Of a DNA stretch of 64,000 bases, positions 37,636-48,145 are shown piece after piece (positions within the stretch are counted from its first letter, which is position 1; the number at the start of each line of letters is the position of its first letter). This DNA is from Minisyncoccota bacterium. GTDB lineage: Bacteria > Verrucomicrobiota > Verrucomicrobiia > Limisphaerales > UBA8199. The position numbers were made by a program, and so were the translations under genes. Under the pieces are notes generated by a model. It was given only the letters and a program-made list of their open reading frames with translations. It was not told where the DNA came from and did not search any database. Location: the NCBI GenBank assembly GCA_035452965.1, contig DAOTCE010000006.1, positions 39,404-103,403 of the forward strand. Reading direction: 5' to 3'.

Positions 37636-40544
37636 TCGAACCGGGTCTCCAGCAAGATGAGCGCCTTGGTCCCCGTGTACCGAACGGAGACCTCACCTGC
37701 GTCGGGCGGTAATGGCGAGCGCATATCCACCGTTTGACCTGGGGCGACGGCGATCGAACTCCCGGCACTCGTTCCGTTCACGGCGACGGTGAGATGCGCA
37801 GGGCTTGCGGCAGGGTTTTTGACTTTGGTTAGGACGGTCTTCCGGCCCGGCGGGAGCCTCGCCCAGAATATGCCAGAGCCAGTCGTGGAACCCCGATTGA
37901 GGTCCCTGAGACTCGCGGCGGTGCTGTAACTGTAAGGGCCGAACGGGTTGCGGCCGCGCGGGACAAACTGCGAGCCGGGGTCCATGTTCCACGAGCCTGT
38001 GTTCGGCTCCAGGGGAATCGCGTTCGGATTCGTGGGCGGCGCGCGCCACTCGGCATTGACAACCAAGCCGTTAAGCGACCCACATATCACCCCGCGCTCG
38101 GTGATGTAGTCTCCCCATAGTATCGGCGATTCGATCAGCGGATGCGCGGCATGGCCCGCTTTCGTTGCCGTGTACGCCACGAGGTTGGCCAGTAGCCGGT
38201 CGGCCGCAGGGTCCAGCCCGGCCCGATTCACTAGATCAAATCCCGACAGAACCACCGAACCCGCCCCGTCAAACATCTCGCACAACGCAACGCCCTCCAG
38301 GCCCCGGTCATAGTCGGCCAGGATCGCCGTGCGTGCGAGCGCTTCCGGGTTTTGGAGCTTGAACCCCGCGGTGACGGGATATACGCGCGGGAACCCCGCC
38401 TTGGTCTCATCCCAGTCCGTGTAATCTGACCAGAGGCTAAGCCGGCGACGATTGAGGCCCTGGAACACCGGATGGTTGGGACGTTCCGGATTGACGTTCA
38501 TCTGCTCGCGGAACGGCCGAGTCGCGGGCGGGTAGGGCGTGTCGTTGGCCGAGCCGCTCAGAGGCGTTACCGCTTCCGGCAACCAGTCACGCTCGAACTC
38601 TCCGTCCATCGGCCCCAGGCACAACACGCGCCCGCCTTCCTGGACGAAACGCCGCAGGGTCTCTTTCTGCCCGCCAAGCGCCTTGTCCCAAGCCCCTTCA
38701 CCGATGACCAGGGCGGTCATCCCCGGCGGCAAGGCCGCAGCGCCGGAGACATCCTTGAACCCCAGGCCGAGCCGCTTTAGCGACGCCGCCGTCCGGCCAG
38801 GAGGATCATACAGGCACACCGCCGGCTCCGGCGCCGGGACAGACCTTTTCCAATCGCTCCCTGCGACAAACGCCCCCACCCAGTTGGTAGAGACCATGCG
38901 CTCTCCCTCGAGAACAACGCCCGAAATAGCGTATTCCCCCGTCGCCAGACTGGCAGGCAATTCGAGCGTCACTTCCCCCCTCCAGGTCCCGAAGTAGGGA
39001 AGCGCACCCAAGTTCACACTCCCCCGGCAGAATTCGCCGCCGCCCTTCGCCTGCAAACGATATACCAGTTTGGCATTTGTCAGCGCGGCGCCATCCTCGG
39101 CGTCGTTGATCACGTGCGCGAATGCCCGGAGCCTCGTGCCGGCATACACCTGCGGCGTCCACACCTCCCAGCTCAGCAGCACGGGCTGATAGGAAACGCC
39201 AAGCTGCTCCATCGCCGGCTTGGGCTTCATCTGCTCGAAGGCCGAAATGCCCGACCAGTTGTGGAAGAGGATCGTGAACGGCATGAGCCCCGCCAGGCGC
39301 GGATTCAACGGGCGCATCCGGCGGAAGGACTCGGTTGCCTGTTTGACCATGAACGCTTGATACTCCAGCGAGTCTTCGCGCAGGTTCGCCGAGTGGCCGA
39401 CCCACCCCAATTGCGGCGCGAGCTGCTTGCTGCGCACAATGTTAAACTCGCCTCTCCAGCCGGTGAACGACCCCACGCACTCGGTGAATGTCAGCGGCTG
39501 GTTCTTCGCCGGATCGCCAAAGAGTGGCCGGGGGTAGAGCTTGTCCCGCAAGTTGTAATAGGTGAGAAACGAGTTGTAATACCAGCCCCAGTACCGGTGC
39601 ACGTCGCACACATCGCCCTCCCGGCCCTCGCCGTAGCCCGCGTTGCCGATATACGGGCGGGTCGGGTCCCACTCCTTCAACGCCGCATGCGCGCGGACCA
39701 GCAGATCGCTGAACGCCTTCCCCCGCTCGCCGGAGACCGGCAGCTCGTTCGCCAGCAGATACATTACGATGCACGGGTGCGAGGCGCAGCCCTCGAAGAG
39801 CTTCCGATATCCAGCAATGCACCGGTCAAACTCCTTCGGCGCAACGCGCTTGCCCTCGCCAGTCTCCGGCGGTGAGCCATAGCGCCCGGCATACATCATC
39901 ATGCCCAGTTCGTCGCCGACATCGAACCAAACCTGCGACTCATCAATTGTCAGACGGAAGATGTTCACATTCTGAGACTTCAGGTACCGCACGTAGGCCT
40001 CGGCGAACGCCCGCGACTCGCCGACCTCCGGCGGGATGGTGCGGCCGGGCGGGTTGATCGCGATGCCGCGCAGGAACACCGGACGGCCGTTTAAATGGAA
40101 TTGGCCATCCCGAATTTCGAAGGAACGGAAGCCGATGCGCACCGTCCTGGAGGCCACCGTATTGCTGCCTTTGGTCGCGCTCACCTCAAGATTATAGAGC
40201 ACCGGCGACTCAGGACTCCACAGCACGGGCTTGAGGTCGGCGATCGTCTTGGTGAATGAGGCCCCCTCTGCGGCGCCTGGAGCGATTTGCCCTAGCGGCC
40301 CCTCCCAGAGAAGCCGGCCGTTGCCGGCTTGCGTAATGGCCGCCCGAAATTCCAAACCGCCCGAAGCCGCCCCATGCTTCGGAGCGACCTCGATCCGCAC
40401 GCTGTCCGCCGTGGTGATGGCCAGCAACTTCTCAAACTCCAGCGCCCGGGCACCGCGACAGGCCAGCACCGCGGCGGTCAACGCCAGCAAACGCACAAGC
40501 CATCCGTTTCGTTGCATAAATGGAGCATCATTCATTTGTGCCAT
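37632..40544 (-). CDS. glycoside hydrolase family 2-like protein with long C-terminal extension
   Basis: 970-aa ORF. Signal-like [25 protein letters not shown], so the start may be 40517. GH2 sugar-binding block [17 protein letters not shown]-barrel blocks QNVNIFRL and LLANELP. About 450 further residues of unknown function. Confidence 0.8.
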   Translation of the reverse strand: MAQMNDAPFMQRNGWLVRLLALTAAVLACRGARALEFEKLLAITTADSVRIEVAPKHGAASGGLEFRAAITQAGNGRLLWEGPLGQIAPGAAEGASFTKTIADLKPVLWSPESPVLYNLEVSATKGSNTVASRTVRIGFRSFEIRDGQFHLNGRPVFLRGIAINPPGRTIPPEVGESRAFAEAYVRYLKSQNVNIFRLTIDESQVWFDVGDELGMMMYAGRYGSPPETGEGKRVAPKEFDRCIAGYRKLFEGCASHPCIVMYLLANELPVSGERGKAFSDLLVRAHAALKEWDPTRPYIGNAGYGEGREGDVCDVHRYWGWYYNSFLTYYNLRDKLYPRPLFGDPAKNQPLTFTECVGSFTGWRGEFNIVRSKQLAPQLGWVGHSANLREDSLEYQAFMVKQATESFRRMRPLNPRLAGLMPFTILFHNWSGISAFEQMKPKPAMEQLGVSYQPVLLSWEVWTPQVYAGTRLRAFAHVINDAEDGAALTNAKLVYRLQAKGGGEFCRGSVNLGALPYFGTWRGEVTLELPASLATGEYAISGVVLEGERMVSTNWVGAFVAGSDWKRSVPAPEPAVCLYDPPGRTAASLKRLGLGFKDVSGAAALPPGMTALVIGEGAWDKALGGQKETLRRFVQEGGRVLCLGPMDGEFERDWLPEAVTPLSGSANDTPYPPATRPFREQMNVNPERPNHPVFQGLNRRRLSLWSDYTDWDETKAGFPRVYPVTAGFKLQNPEALARTAILADYDRGLEGVALCEMFDGAGSVVLSGFDLVNRAGLDPAADRLLANLVAYTATKAGHAAHPLIESPILWGDYITERGVICGSLNGLVVNAEWRAPPTNPNAIPLEPNTGSWNMDPGSQFVPRGRNPFGPYSYSTAASLRDLNRGSTTGSGIFWARLPPGRKTVLTKVKNPAASPAHLTVAVNGTSAGSSIAVAPGQTVDMRSPLPPDAGEVSVRYTGTKALILLETRFE

Positions 40545-41054
40545 CCGGACAGGTTACGCGCTTCGATTGGCTTTCGCCAGCCTGCGCGGCAGTGATTGCC
40601 AGAAAGTCAGCCACGGCACAACCTGGCCGGGTCGCCAAATACCAGCGGCGGCGTAGCGCCGGTAACGGCTGCCGTCCCCCGTCAAAAAGGGTGGTCCCGA
40701 AGGAATCTCGCTTGTCGGCTCGAAGTCAGGTTCCGAGGCGATTATGTCAGGACCCCCTGCGCTGGCATTGAGCGGTTCGTCGCTGGCGCCGTGCTGTTAC
40801 ACAATTCATCAAAATCCTTGGGGAAACGCCTGTTCTGGCCGAGCCAACCTGTGAATGACGCCACAAACTGTCTCATTGCGGTCGAGCAACTTCATCACGA
40901 TTGGTTTCAGCCACCACCCCGCACACAGGATCGTAAAGACCCGTGTGAAATCGTGCGCCCACTTCCACAAATACGGTCCTCATTGGAATTCCCGGGAACC
41001 CCGCTGGCAATTCACCGTCTCGCACCCCTCTTCCTATCTCCAGCGCCCTCGCCC

Positions 41055-41292
41055 GACGGGCGATGGCGTCGTTATGGTGGTCGTGCGCAGGCGTTGGCTT
41101 GCGGATGGCATGCCAATGCGGTCCGGCGACGGTGTGTATCCCATGGGGAGCGCTCCCCATGGGATACACACCATAGCACCACCGTGCCGCCACAGTAACC
41201 CCAAGCCAGAGGTGCCGGGGTCGGCGGGGACTGGAACAGGCAGGTGGGTAGCATCACTGTCCAACAAATGGACAGTGCGCGGATTTGGAAGT
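41055..41292 (+). repeat. ~240-bp palindrome-containing intergenic repeat, copy B
   Basis: Same orientation and order of blocks as copy A. Perfect 42-bp palindrome at 41131-41172. Second hairpin CACTGTCCA-ACAAA-TGGACAGTG. Confidence 0.75.
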
Positions 41293-41549
41293 CATAGTGC
41301 CTATCCCGTCTTGGCTCGGGAGCAGTGTTACCCTTGCCGTCCCTATGCCTGAGCCATCCGGATGGTACGGATGATAGTCACCTTTGGCCAGCCACGTAAA
41401 TCTATGGTGTACCGCATTTTCAGGGTTCCGTAGCAGGGCTGTGGACTTGGCTAATTACATCTTCATACTCCACGCCACCAACACCGTGCGCTTCTTCCGA
41501 CTCGCGCAGCAGAATTGACAACTTCCCTGCCCTGCGACACTCTCGGCTC

Positions 41550-42476
41550 ATGGCAAAGCCAGCTTTGGGCCGCGGCTTGGGGGCGTTGTTGGGCAACACC
41601 CCGATCGCCAAACCACCAGTTGCGGCGCCAGCTCTAGATACAACTCCGGGTGCTGCAGTGACAGCCGACGACCGCGAACGCGTGCGGCGCGTCCCGCTGG
41701 ACCGTATCCGCCCCTGCCCGCTCCAGCCGCGGAAGGACTTTTCGCCCGAGGGCCTGCGCGAGCTGGCCGATTCCATCAAGGAACAAGGCATCGTCCAACC
41801 GCTCATTGTCCGCGAGCGCGATGGAGCTCTTGAACTCATTGCCGGCGAGCGCCGCTGGCGCGCCGCCCAATTGCTTGGCCTGGCGGAGGTCCCGGTAATC
41901 CTGCGACAAGCCGATGACCGTGCCATGCTCGAATTGGCGCTCATCGAGAACCTGCAGCGTGAGAACCTCAACCCGATTGAGGAAGCCCACGGCTATGCGC
42001 AGCTCATCGAGCAATTTCAGCTCAAGCAGGACGAGGTGGCGACCAAGGTTGGCAAGAGCCGCGCCGTCGTGGCCAACGCCTTGCGCCTCTTGAGACTTCC
42101 GGCCCAGATCCAGGCCAGCCTCCGCGAAGGCCGCCTTTCCGTCGGCCACGCCAAAGTCATCCTGGGGCTGGCCACGGAGAAGCACCAGAAGCTGGCCACC
42201 GAGCGCATTCTCAAGGAGAGCCTCAACGTTCGTCAGACCGAGGCCTTGGTCGCGCGTCTTCAGGCTCGTGAATCCGGATCCTCCGGCAGGACCGTCCCTG
42301 TGACGCCGCTGACCCGGGATGCCCACATCGCCAGCCTCGAAAGCAAGTTGCGCGAGCGGCTTGGGACCAAGATTAACTTGCGTTACGCCCAAGGCAAGGG
42401 CGCCCTGGAAATCACGTTCTTTAGCGACGCCGAACTCGAACGCATTCTGCAAGTTCTTGGCGTAGGCCCGGATTGA
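41550..42476 (+). CDS. parB: ParB/Spo0J chromosome partitioning protein
   Basis: MAKPALGRGLGALLG N-terminus. ParB box GIVQPLIVRE...ELIAGERRWRAAQLLG. HTH region. Confidence 0.93.
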   Translation: MAKPALGRGLGALLGNTPIAKPPVAAPALDTTPGAAVTADDRERVRRVPLDRIRPCPLQPRKDFSPEGLRELADSIKEQGIVQPLIVRERDGALELIAGERRWRAAQLLGLAEVPVILRQADDRAMLELALIENLQRENLNPIEEAHGYAQLIEQFQLKQDEVATKVGKSRAVVANALRLLRLPAQIQASLREGRLSVGHAKVILGLATEKHQKLATERILKESLNVRQTEALVARLQARESGSSGRTVPVTPLTRDAHIASLESKLRERLGTKINLRYAQGKGALEITFFSDAELERILQVLGVGPD

Positions 42477-42522
42477 CCCGGTCTCCTCACATCAATTTGC
42501 CGCATCACCTTTAGTGAACCGT

Positions 42523-43650
42523 ATGACTACACCCGAACAACGCGACCAACGCGAACAAACCGCCACCCAACTTCTGGCTGCCGTGAACCGCGCTGGGCAG
42601 ATGACCGCCTTTGTCGGCCTGGATGGCTTTGTGGATGACATCCTCCATGTCGTGGACAAGCGCGAAAGCGCGGACAAGTATGTGCGCCTGCCAACGATTG
42701 CCCAACTGGCCGAACGGCTGGCGGCCGCAGCCGGCCGCAGCACCAATGTCGAGCTGGTCAGTCAGCTGAACAAACTCGGCGGCAACGGTCCTATCATGGC
42801 CAACGCCCTCGCCAGTTTCGGCCTCAAGGTCAGCTACCTTGGCATCCTCGGCTACCCAAACCTGCATCCGGTGTTTGCGGACTTCGCCAAACGCGCCGAG
42901 GTGCATTCCATCGCCGAGCCCGGCTACACCGACGCGCTGGAGTTCGACGACGGCAAGATCATGCTTGGCAAGCACCAGTCCCTAAAGCAGATGAACTGGG
43001 AGAACATCAAGGTCCGCTTCGGCTTGGACAAGTTCACCGCCAAGTTCGGCCATGCGGACCTGGTCGGGTTCGTCAACTGGACCATGCTCACCCACATGAG
43101 CGACATCTGGGCGGCTGTGCTCAAAGAAATCTGCCCCGGCATGAAGGGCCCGCGCCGAAAGCTGTTCCTTGACCTCGCTGATCCGGAGAAACGCACCAGG
43201 GCTGACATCTCACGCGCACTGGAGCTGCTCGCTGCATTCCAGCAATACTTCGACGTGGTCCTCGGCCTCAACGAGAAGGAGAGCATCGAGATTGGAGGGA
43301 ACCTCGGCTTGAACACCACGGACCACTCGCCCACAGGGCTGCAAAAGCTCTGTCAGGAAATCCACCAGCGCGTCCGAGTGGACACCATCATTATTCACCC
43401 GACCGCCTACGCGCTCGCCTCCGGGCCGGATGGCTCCGCTCTCGTCCAGGGGCCCTTCACTCCCAAGCCCAAGATCACGACCGGCGCGGGCGATCACTTT
43501 AACTCCGGCTTCTGCCTCGGCAAGTTGCTCGGCTTCCCTACCGACCGTTGTCTGCTAACCGGCGTTACCACCAGCGGCTTCTACGTGCGCACAGGCCAAA
43601 GCCCCGCCATGCCCGACCTGGCGAAACTGCTGCGGAGCTGGCCTGCCTGA
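42523..43650 (+). CDS. ribokinase-superfamily (PfkB-like) sugar kinase, atypical
   Basis: ORF from GTG 42514; first ATG at 42523. C-terminal TTGAGDHFNSGFCLG (GAGD anion-hole motif). GGNGPIMANAL and LNEKESIE (NExE-like) blocks. Stop lies 2 nt before the def start. Confidence 0.75.
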   Translation: MTTPEQRDQREQTATQLLAAVNRAGQMTAFVGLDGFVDDILHVVDKRESADKYVRLPTIAQLAERLAAAAGRSTNVELVSQLNKLGGNGPIMANALASFGLKVSYLGILGYPNLHPVFADFAKRAEVHSIAEPGYTDALEFDDGKIMLGKHQSLKQMNWENIKVRFGLDKFTAKFGHADLVGFVNWTMLTHMSDIWAAVLKEICPGMKGPRRKLFLDLADPEKRTRADISRALELLAAFQQYFDVVLGLNEKESIEIGGNLGLNTTDHSPTGLQKLCQEIHQRVRVDTIIIHPTAYALASGPDGSALVQGPFTPKPKITTGAGDHFNSGFCLGKLLGFPTDRCLLTGVTTSGFYVRTGQSPAMPDLAKLLRSWPA

Positions 43651-43652
43651 CC

Positions 43653-44219
43653 ATGCCGCTCGTCGTCGTACAATACGGCATGCCGGTGCTCCGCCAGAAA
43701 GGCGTGCGCATCGAGAGCATCACACCCGCCATCAGGCAGCTCGCCGCTGACATGCTTGAAACCATGTACAGCTACAAGGGTGTCGGCCTGGCCGCGCAGC
43801 AGGTTGGCTTCGCGGTGCAACTGACCGTTATTGATGTGCGCGAGGTGACAGACCGGCCATCCACGCTGGAGTTGCGAGGCAAGCCTGCCGATGTGAAGGG
43901 GTTCATGCCGCTGGTCCTGATAAACCCGGAGGTCAAACCCGTGGGCGAGCCGGTGACCGGGCCGGAAGGCTGCCTCAGCTTCCCCGAGATCTACGCTGAC
44001 ATCACCCGTCCTGACGTTGTGGACGTGCAGGCGCTGAACCTGGAAGGTCAGCCAATTGAGTTCCGCTGCGGTGGGCTGCTGGCCCGCGTCGTCCAGCACG
44101 AAGTTGACCATCTTCACGGCATACTCTTCATTGACCGCATGAACAAGGCGACGAAAGCGAAGCTCCAACCCGAACTGGATCAGCTCATGGCCGAAACCAA
44201 AGCGGCGCTGAGGAGATAG
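43653..44219 (+). CDS. def: peptide deformylase
   Basis: ATG 43653 (MPLVVVQYGMPVLRQK). Motifs GVGLAAQQVG, EGCLSFP and QHEVDHLHG. Confidence 0.95.
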   Translation: MPLVVVQYGMPVLRQKGVRIESITPAIRQLAADMLETMYSYKGVGLAAQQVGFAVQLTVIDVREVTDRPSTLELRGKPADVKGFMPLVLINPEVKPVGEPVTGPEGCLSFPEIYADITRPDVVDVQALNLEGQPIEFRCGGLLARVVQHEVDHLHGILFIDRMNKATKAKLQPELDQLMAETKAALRR

Positions 44220-44339
44220 ATTCCCCCGGTCTGTCTCAAGAACCCGACTGTAGAGGGCCAGCCTTCGCGCGAACCCTGACTTCTATGTTGTCCCCGGGTT
44301 GTTCTGGCTCGCGCGGGCGCTTTGCCTACCTCCACGGCT

Positions 44340-45359
44340 TTATGGTTCTCTCTTGTAGTAATCCGGCACCACGATCTTCCCGGCGATGATTGCGGCTTTC
44401 AACTCGTCGGCCCGACTGCGAACCGGCTCCGTCAGGACCTTCGCGTTGTATTGGTCAAAGGCATAGTCCACGCCTTGGTTGGCCAGTCCAAACCACTTTA
44501 CCTCGCCGGTGAACTTGCCCGCTTTGGCCTCGGCAATGGTGGTGAACACCGCTTCGTCCACCCGCTTCAACATGCTCGTCAGAATCCAGCCCGGCTTGGT
44601 CCAGTTCTGGTTGGCGTCCACGCCGATGGCAAACCGTTGCTTCTCCTCCGCCGCGTCGAACACCCCCAGCCCCGAAGCTCCCGCCGCTGCGAAAATCACA
44701 TCGGCCCCTGCGTCATACTGCGAGATGGCTAGTTCCTTGCCTTTGGGAGGATTATTCCATGCCTCGCTCGTCATCCCGACAAAGTTCGCCAGCACCCCGA
44801 TCCGCGGATTGATCTTCTTCGCGCCCGCCTGGTAACCCAGCTCGAACCGGCGGATTAGGGGAATATCCATTCCCCCGACAAAGCCGATCTTGCCGGTCTT
44901 GCTGGTCATCGCCGCAATGGCGCCGACCACATACGCCCCTTCGTGCTCCTGAAACATGAGCGACCGGACGTTCCGCGCTTCGACCTGCGCGTCCACAATC
45001 GCGAAATGACGCTTGGGAAACTGCGCGGCGACCTTCTGAATCGCTTCCCTCTGGGCGAAGCCAATCCCAAGAATAAGGTCGAAGTCGCGTGACGCAAATG
45101 CCCGCAGCATCGGCTCGAACGCATTGTCATCGGGCACCTCGACATACTTTAGCAGGATGCTTAACTTGTCTTTGGCGCGGGTGGCTCCAGCATAGGCCGA
45201 TGAGTTGAAGGACTTATCGTCCTTGCCACCCCGGTCCAACACCAGTGCGACCTTGAATTCTGCCTGTGCCGACAAGAGTGAAATCGCAAGCGCGGCAGAC
45301 AGCATCCATTCCGGCCCGCAGAATGCCCTATTGTGTTCCCGAAAAAAACAGTGCTTCAT
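44340..45359 (-). CDS. BMP-family ABC transporter substrate-binding protein
   Basis: ORF to 45530. Start uncertain (45359, 45365 or 45305). FKVALVLDRGGKDDKSFNSSAYAGA and GFVGGMDIPLIRRFELGYQAGAK blocks typical of Bmp/PnrA. Confidence 0.85.
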   Translation of the reverse strand: MKHCFFREHNRAFCGPEWMLSAALAISLLSAQAEFKVALVLDRGGKDDKSFNSSAYAGATRAKDKLSILLKYVEVPDDNAFEPMLRAFASRDFDLILGIGFAQREAIQKVAAQFPKRHFAIVDAQVEARNVRSLMFQEHEGAYVVGAIAAMTSKTGKIGFVGGMDIPLIRRFELGYQAGAKKINPRIGVLANFVGMTSEAWNNPPKGKELAISQYDAGADVIFAAAGASGLGVFDAAEEKQRFAIGVDANQNWTKPGWILTSMLKRVDEAVFTTIAEAKAGKFTGEVKWFGLANQGVDYAFDQYNAKVLTEPVRSRADELKAAIIAGKIVVPDYYKREP

Positions 45360-45600
45360 TTCCATCTTTCTAGGCACAAACCTCGGCCCGGTCAACCTTC
45401 CCGACGAACCGCAATTCAGGGCGCTGCAATCCTCCCCGGGTTTAACCAAGACCATCTCCGAACACCCGAAGCCGTGTCCCGATGCTTCAAACCGACTTGG
45501 AAATCGGTGGTCAGGACTGGACGCGGGCAAGCCAACATGGCAAACTCAGGCCCGTTTTGACACCATCGTTTAGCACAGAATCCTATTGAAAGCTCGAATT

Positions 45601-46935
45601 ATGACACCGCTCTCTCGCCGCCAATTCCTGGGCAAATCCGCCCTGGCCGCCGGACTCGCCCCACTGGCCATTGATACTCTAACTTTACCATTTGTGCGCT
45701 CTGTCCGCGCCGCCGAGCCAGGGCCAAGCGACAAGGTCCGCATCGGCCTGATTGGCTGCGGCGGCATGGGGCTGGGCGACCTGCAATGTTTCTTCCTCAA
45801 TCCGGAGGTGGATTGCCCAGTGGTCTGCGACGTGGACGATGCGAAGATCGCCAAGGGCGTAGCACTATGCGAGAAGCAGCGCGGCAGCAAGCCCGCTACG
45901 GTAAAGGACTTCCGCCAGATGCTCGACCGCAAGGACGTGGACGTAGTACTCGTCGCCACACCTGACCATTGGCACGCGTTGCCGACAGTCCTCGCTTGCC
46001 AGGCAGGGAAGGACGTCTACGTGGAAAAGCCGCTAGCCACGACTATTGACGAAGGCCGCGCCATGTTAGAAGCGGTGAAGCGACACCAGCGCGTCGTGCA
46101 GATGGGCTCGCAGTGGCGGAGTTGCAAGCACATTGTGGAAGCGGGCGAGTTCATTCGCTCTGGCAAGCTAGGCAAAGTCAGCATTGTGCGCGGTTGGGCC
46201 TATCTGGACTGGCTGCCCAGCATCGGTAAACCCGCCGACTGTCCGCCGCCTCCCGGAGTGGATTACGATTTGTGGCTTGGTCCCGCGCCCAAGCGACCCT
46301 TTAACCCTAACCGCTTCCATTTCAACTTCCGGTGGTTCTGGGATTACGCTGGCGGGCTCATGACCGACTGGGGAGTACACCTTATCAACATGATGCTCAT
46401 GGGAATGGGCCCCGACTCGCCCAAAAGCGCATATTCCTGCGGCGGCAAATTCGTGCTGGACGACAACTCCGAAACCCCGGACTCGCAGGTGACCGTGTAT
46501 GAGTTCCCGAGCTACACGCTGATTTGGGAGCACAAGGCCGGCTTGAACAACGGCCTGTATAACCGCTCGTGGGGCGTCGAATGGAGCGGCACCGAAGGTA
46601 ACATCATCCTGAATGACGAGGGTTGGGAAATCCGCACCGAGAAGAAGCAGGCCAACCTCGACAACCAACGCAAGCCTGGCAGCCCCGATCCCCGTCCTGC
46701 CCATGTCCGCAACTTCCTGGATTGCGTGAAGTCACGCCAGCAGCCCGTGCTGAACCTGAACATTGGCCACCATGTCTCCACCGTGGCGCACCTCGGCAAT
46801 ATCTCCTACCGCACCGGCCGCAAGGTTGTGTGGGACGCTGCGCGCGAGAAGGTCGTCGGCGACTCGCAAGCAGACAAGTTGGTCGGCGTGAAGTACCGCC
46901 GGCCATGGAGTCTGCCTTACGCCCAGCGGGCGTAA
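45601..46935 (+). CDS. TAT-signal Gfo/Idh/MocA family oxidoreductase
   Basis: ORF from TTG 45586. ATG 45601 gives MTPLSRRQFLGKSALAAGLAPLAI. Rossmann block IGLIGCGGMG...VATPDHWHA...VYVEKP. Confidence 0.9.
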   Translation: MTPLSRRQFLGKSALAAGLAPLAIDTLTLPFVRSVRAAEPGPSDKVRIGLIGCGGMGLGDLQCFFLNPEVDCPVVCDVDDAKIAKGVALCEKQRGSKPATVKDFRQMLDRKDVDVVLVATPDHWHALPTVLACQAGKDVYVEKPLATTIDEGRAMLEAVKRHQRVVQMGSQWRSCKHIVEAGEFIRSGKLGKVSIVRGWAYLDWLPSIGKPADCPPPPGVDYDLWLGPAPKRPFNPNRFHFNFRWFWDYAGGLMTDWGVHLINMMLMGMGPDSPKSAYSCGGKFVLDDNSETPDSQVTVYEFPSYTLIWEHKAGLNNGLYNRSWGVEWSGTEGNIILNDEGWEIRTEKKQANLDNQRKPGSPDPRPAHVRNFLDCVKSRQQPVLNLNIGHHVSTVAHLGNISYRTGRKVVWDAAREKVVGDSQADKLVGVKYRRPWSLPYAQRA

Positions 46936-46960
46936 CGCGCGCGATTGCCAAGACGGCCGT

Positions 46961-47170
46961 CTAATTGCCACCCCCGGGCCGCGCACCAGGGAGCCCGCTG
47001 CTGTTCGTGAGGGCGAACGAGACACTGCGCACAGTGTTAATGGCCGTAATGCGCGACGCTCGCACGGTGCCCTTGGATGCACCGGCGGGAATTGCCGGAA
47101 TCCACGCCAGCGCAATCAATCCGATTGCCCCGAGAACCGCACAAACTGCGGTGATGGTCTTCTTTTTCAT
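46961..47170 (-). CDS. small hypothetical membrane/secreted protein
   Basis: 69 aa from ATG 47170 (MKKKTITAVCAVLGAIGLIALAW...). Begins 16 nt downstream of the prepilin-like gene. No homology recognisable. Confidence 0.35.
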   Translation of the reverse strand: MKKKTITAVCAVLGAIGLIALAWIPAIPAGASKGTVRASRITAINTVRSVSFALTNSSGLPGARPGGGN

Positions 47171-47186
47171 CAAGGGGAAGTTACTT

Positions 47187-47921
47187 CTACCGAACAGTTG
47201 TGACTTGCTTCAGTCTCTGCCAGTCGGGATTGCTTGCATTTACACCCCGCCCAGCAACCCGCGACTCGGGTTCCTGCAGCCTGAAGAACTCGGCATGGCC
47301 ATCGGCAAAGTTCAGCCCATAGCTGCGCTCGTGCCTTGTCGCGGGAAAACTGGCGAATGGCCGGGTGTCATCCATCGTCACCAGGAACCAGGCATCGTCA
47401 ATGCTGGCTTCGTGTTCGTCAGTCATCACCCATATTCTGGCTGGCGCCGCGGCAGCAAGCTCCCCTTCCCGGACATACGTGCGGAAGCCGTTGGTGCGGC
47501 GATAACTTTCCATGTAACGACTGCCGATCCATCCGTTCATGGAGTAGCTGCGGACGCGGGGCGCATCGCCTGTGCGAGATGGATCGCCGGGACACCGGTA
47601 AAGGGGCACCTGACTGGCGTAGGGAAACAACTTCCCTTGGCGGATGATCAGCTTGTTCGTCGAATCGCTCGTGACCTTCATGTCCCCGAGCACCCAGGAA
47701 TTGCTGCCAACCTCGCCCAAGGGTTGATTCTGGGCCAGCTTGCCGTCGTTGTCGGCGGTGTACATTTGGAATGAGAGCGAAGCTTGCTTGAGATTGTCCA
47801 GGCAAACGGTTCGCCGGCTCTTCGACTGCACCGCAGCGAGCGCCGGAAGGAGTAATGCCGCCAGGATTGCAATGATAGCGATGACCAGCAGCAGTTCGGC
47901 CAAAGTAAACGCCCGTCGCAT
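47187..47921 (-). CDS. prepilin-type N-terminal cleavage/methylation domain protein (H-X9-DG / DUF1559-like)
   Basis: ATG 47921 gives [29 protein letters not shown]-terminal [17 protein letters not shown] motif. Confidence 0.85.
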   Translation of the reverse strand: MRRAFTLAELLLVIAIIAILAALLLPALAAVQSKSRRTVCLDNLKQASLSFQMYTADNDGKLAQNQPLGEVGSNSWVLGDMKVTSDSTNKLIIRQGKLFPYASQVPLYRCPGDPSRTGDAPRVRSYSMNGWIGSRYMESYRRTNGFRTYVREGELAAAAPARIWVMTDEHEASIDDAWFLVTMDDTRPFASFPATRHERSYGLNFADGHAEFFRLQEPESRVAGRGVNASNPDWQRLKQVTTVR

Positions 47922-48145
47922 GCAATATCCTTCGCTGCTGCACCAATCCCGCCGAATCGCTGTTCCCACACCATCTGCTCGTGCAAATAACGCCATAAAC
48001 TGCTTCGGTCATAACCTACCTCCGGCTGGTATTCATTGGGAAGTGTGCGTCTGGGAGCACACCCCGTCGCTTCTACCACGCGCACGTCGTTTTCATTGCA
48101 CCATCAGGCCCGGCAATAGATAATCCGGACGCGATTAAGATTGTC

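Noticed and set aside
40556-40980. Stop-bounded minus-strand peptide fragments (...GDGSRYRRYAAAGIWRPGQVVPWLTFW... and ...YLWKWAHDFTRVFTILCAGWWLKPIV...) as possible small genes
   Set aside because: They have no ATG/GTG start with a ribosome-binding site and no family I can recognise. I mention them only as possible gene debris within the parB-upstream gap.
40855-41352. ORFs 40855-41352 (+), 40873-41193 (-), 41034-41267 (-) and 41072-41257 (-)
   Set aside because: All are read-throughs of repeat copy B with no start context or homology. The same explanation covers most of ORF 55191-55616 (-) at copy C, apart from its short GH78-like stretch.
41515-41543. TTGACA hexamer 30 nt upstream of the parB ATG as a possible -35 box
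   Set aside because: The hexamer 17 nt downstream is CACTCT, a poor -10 match. Promoter consensus for this lineage is unknown to me, so the support is insufficient.
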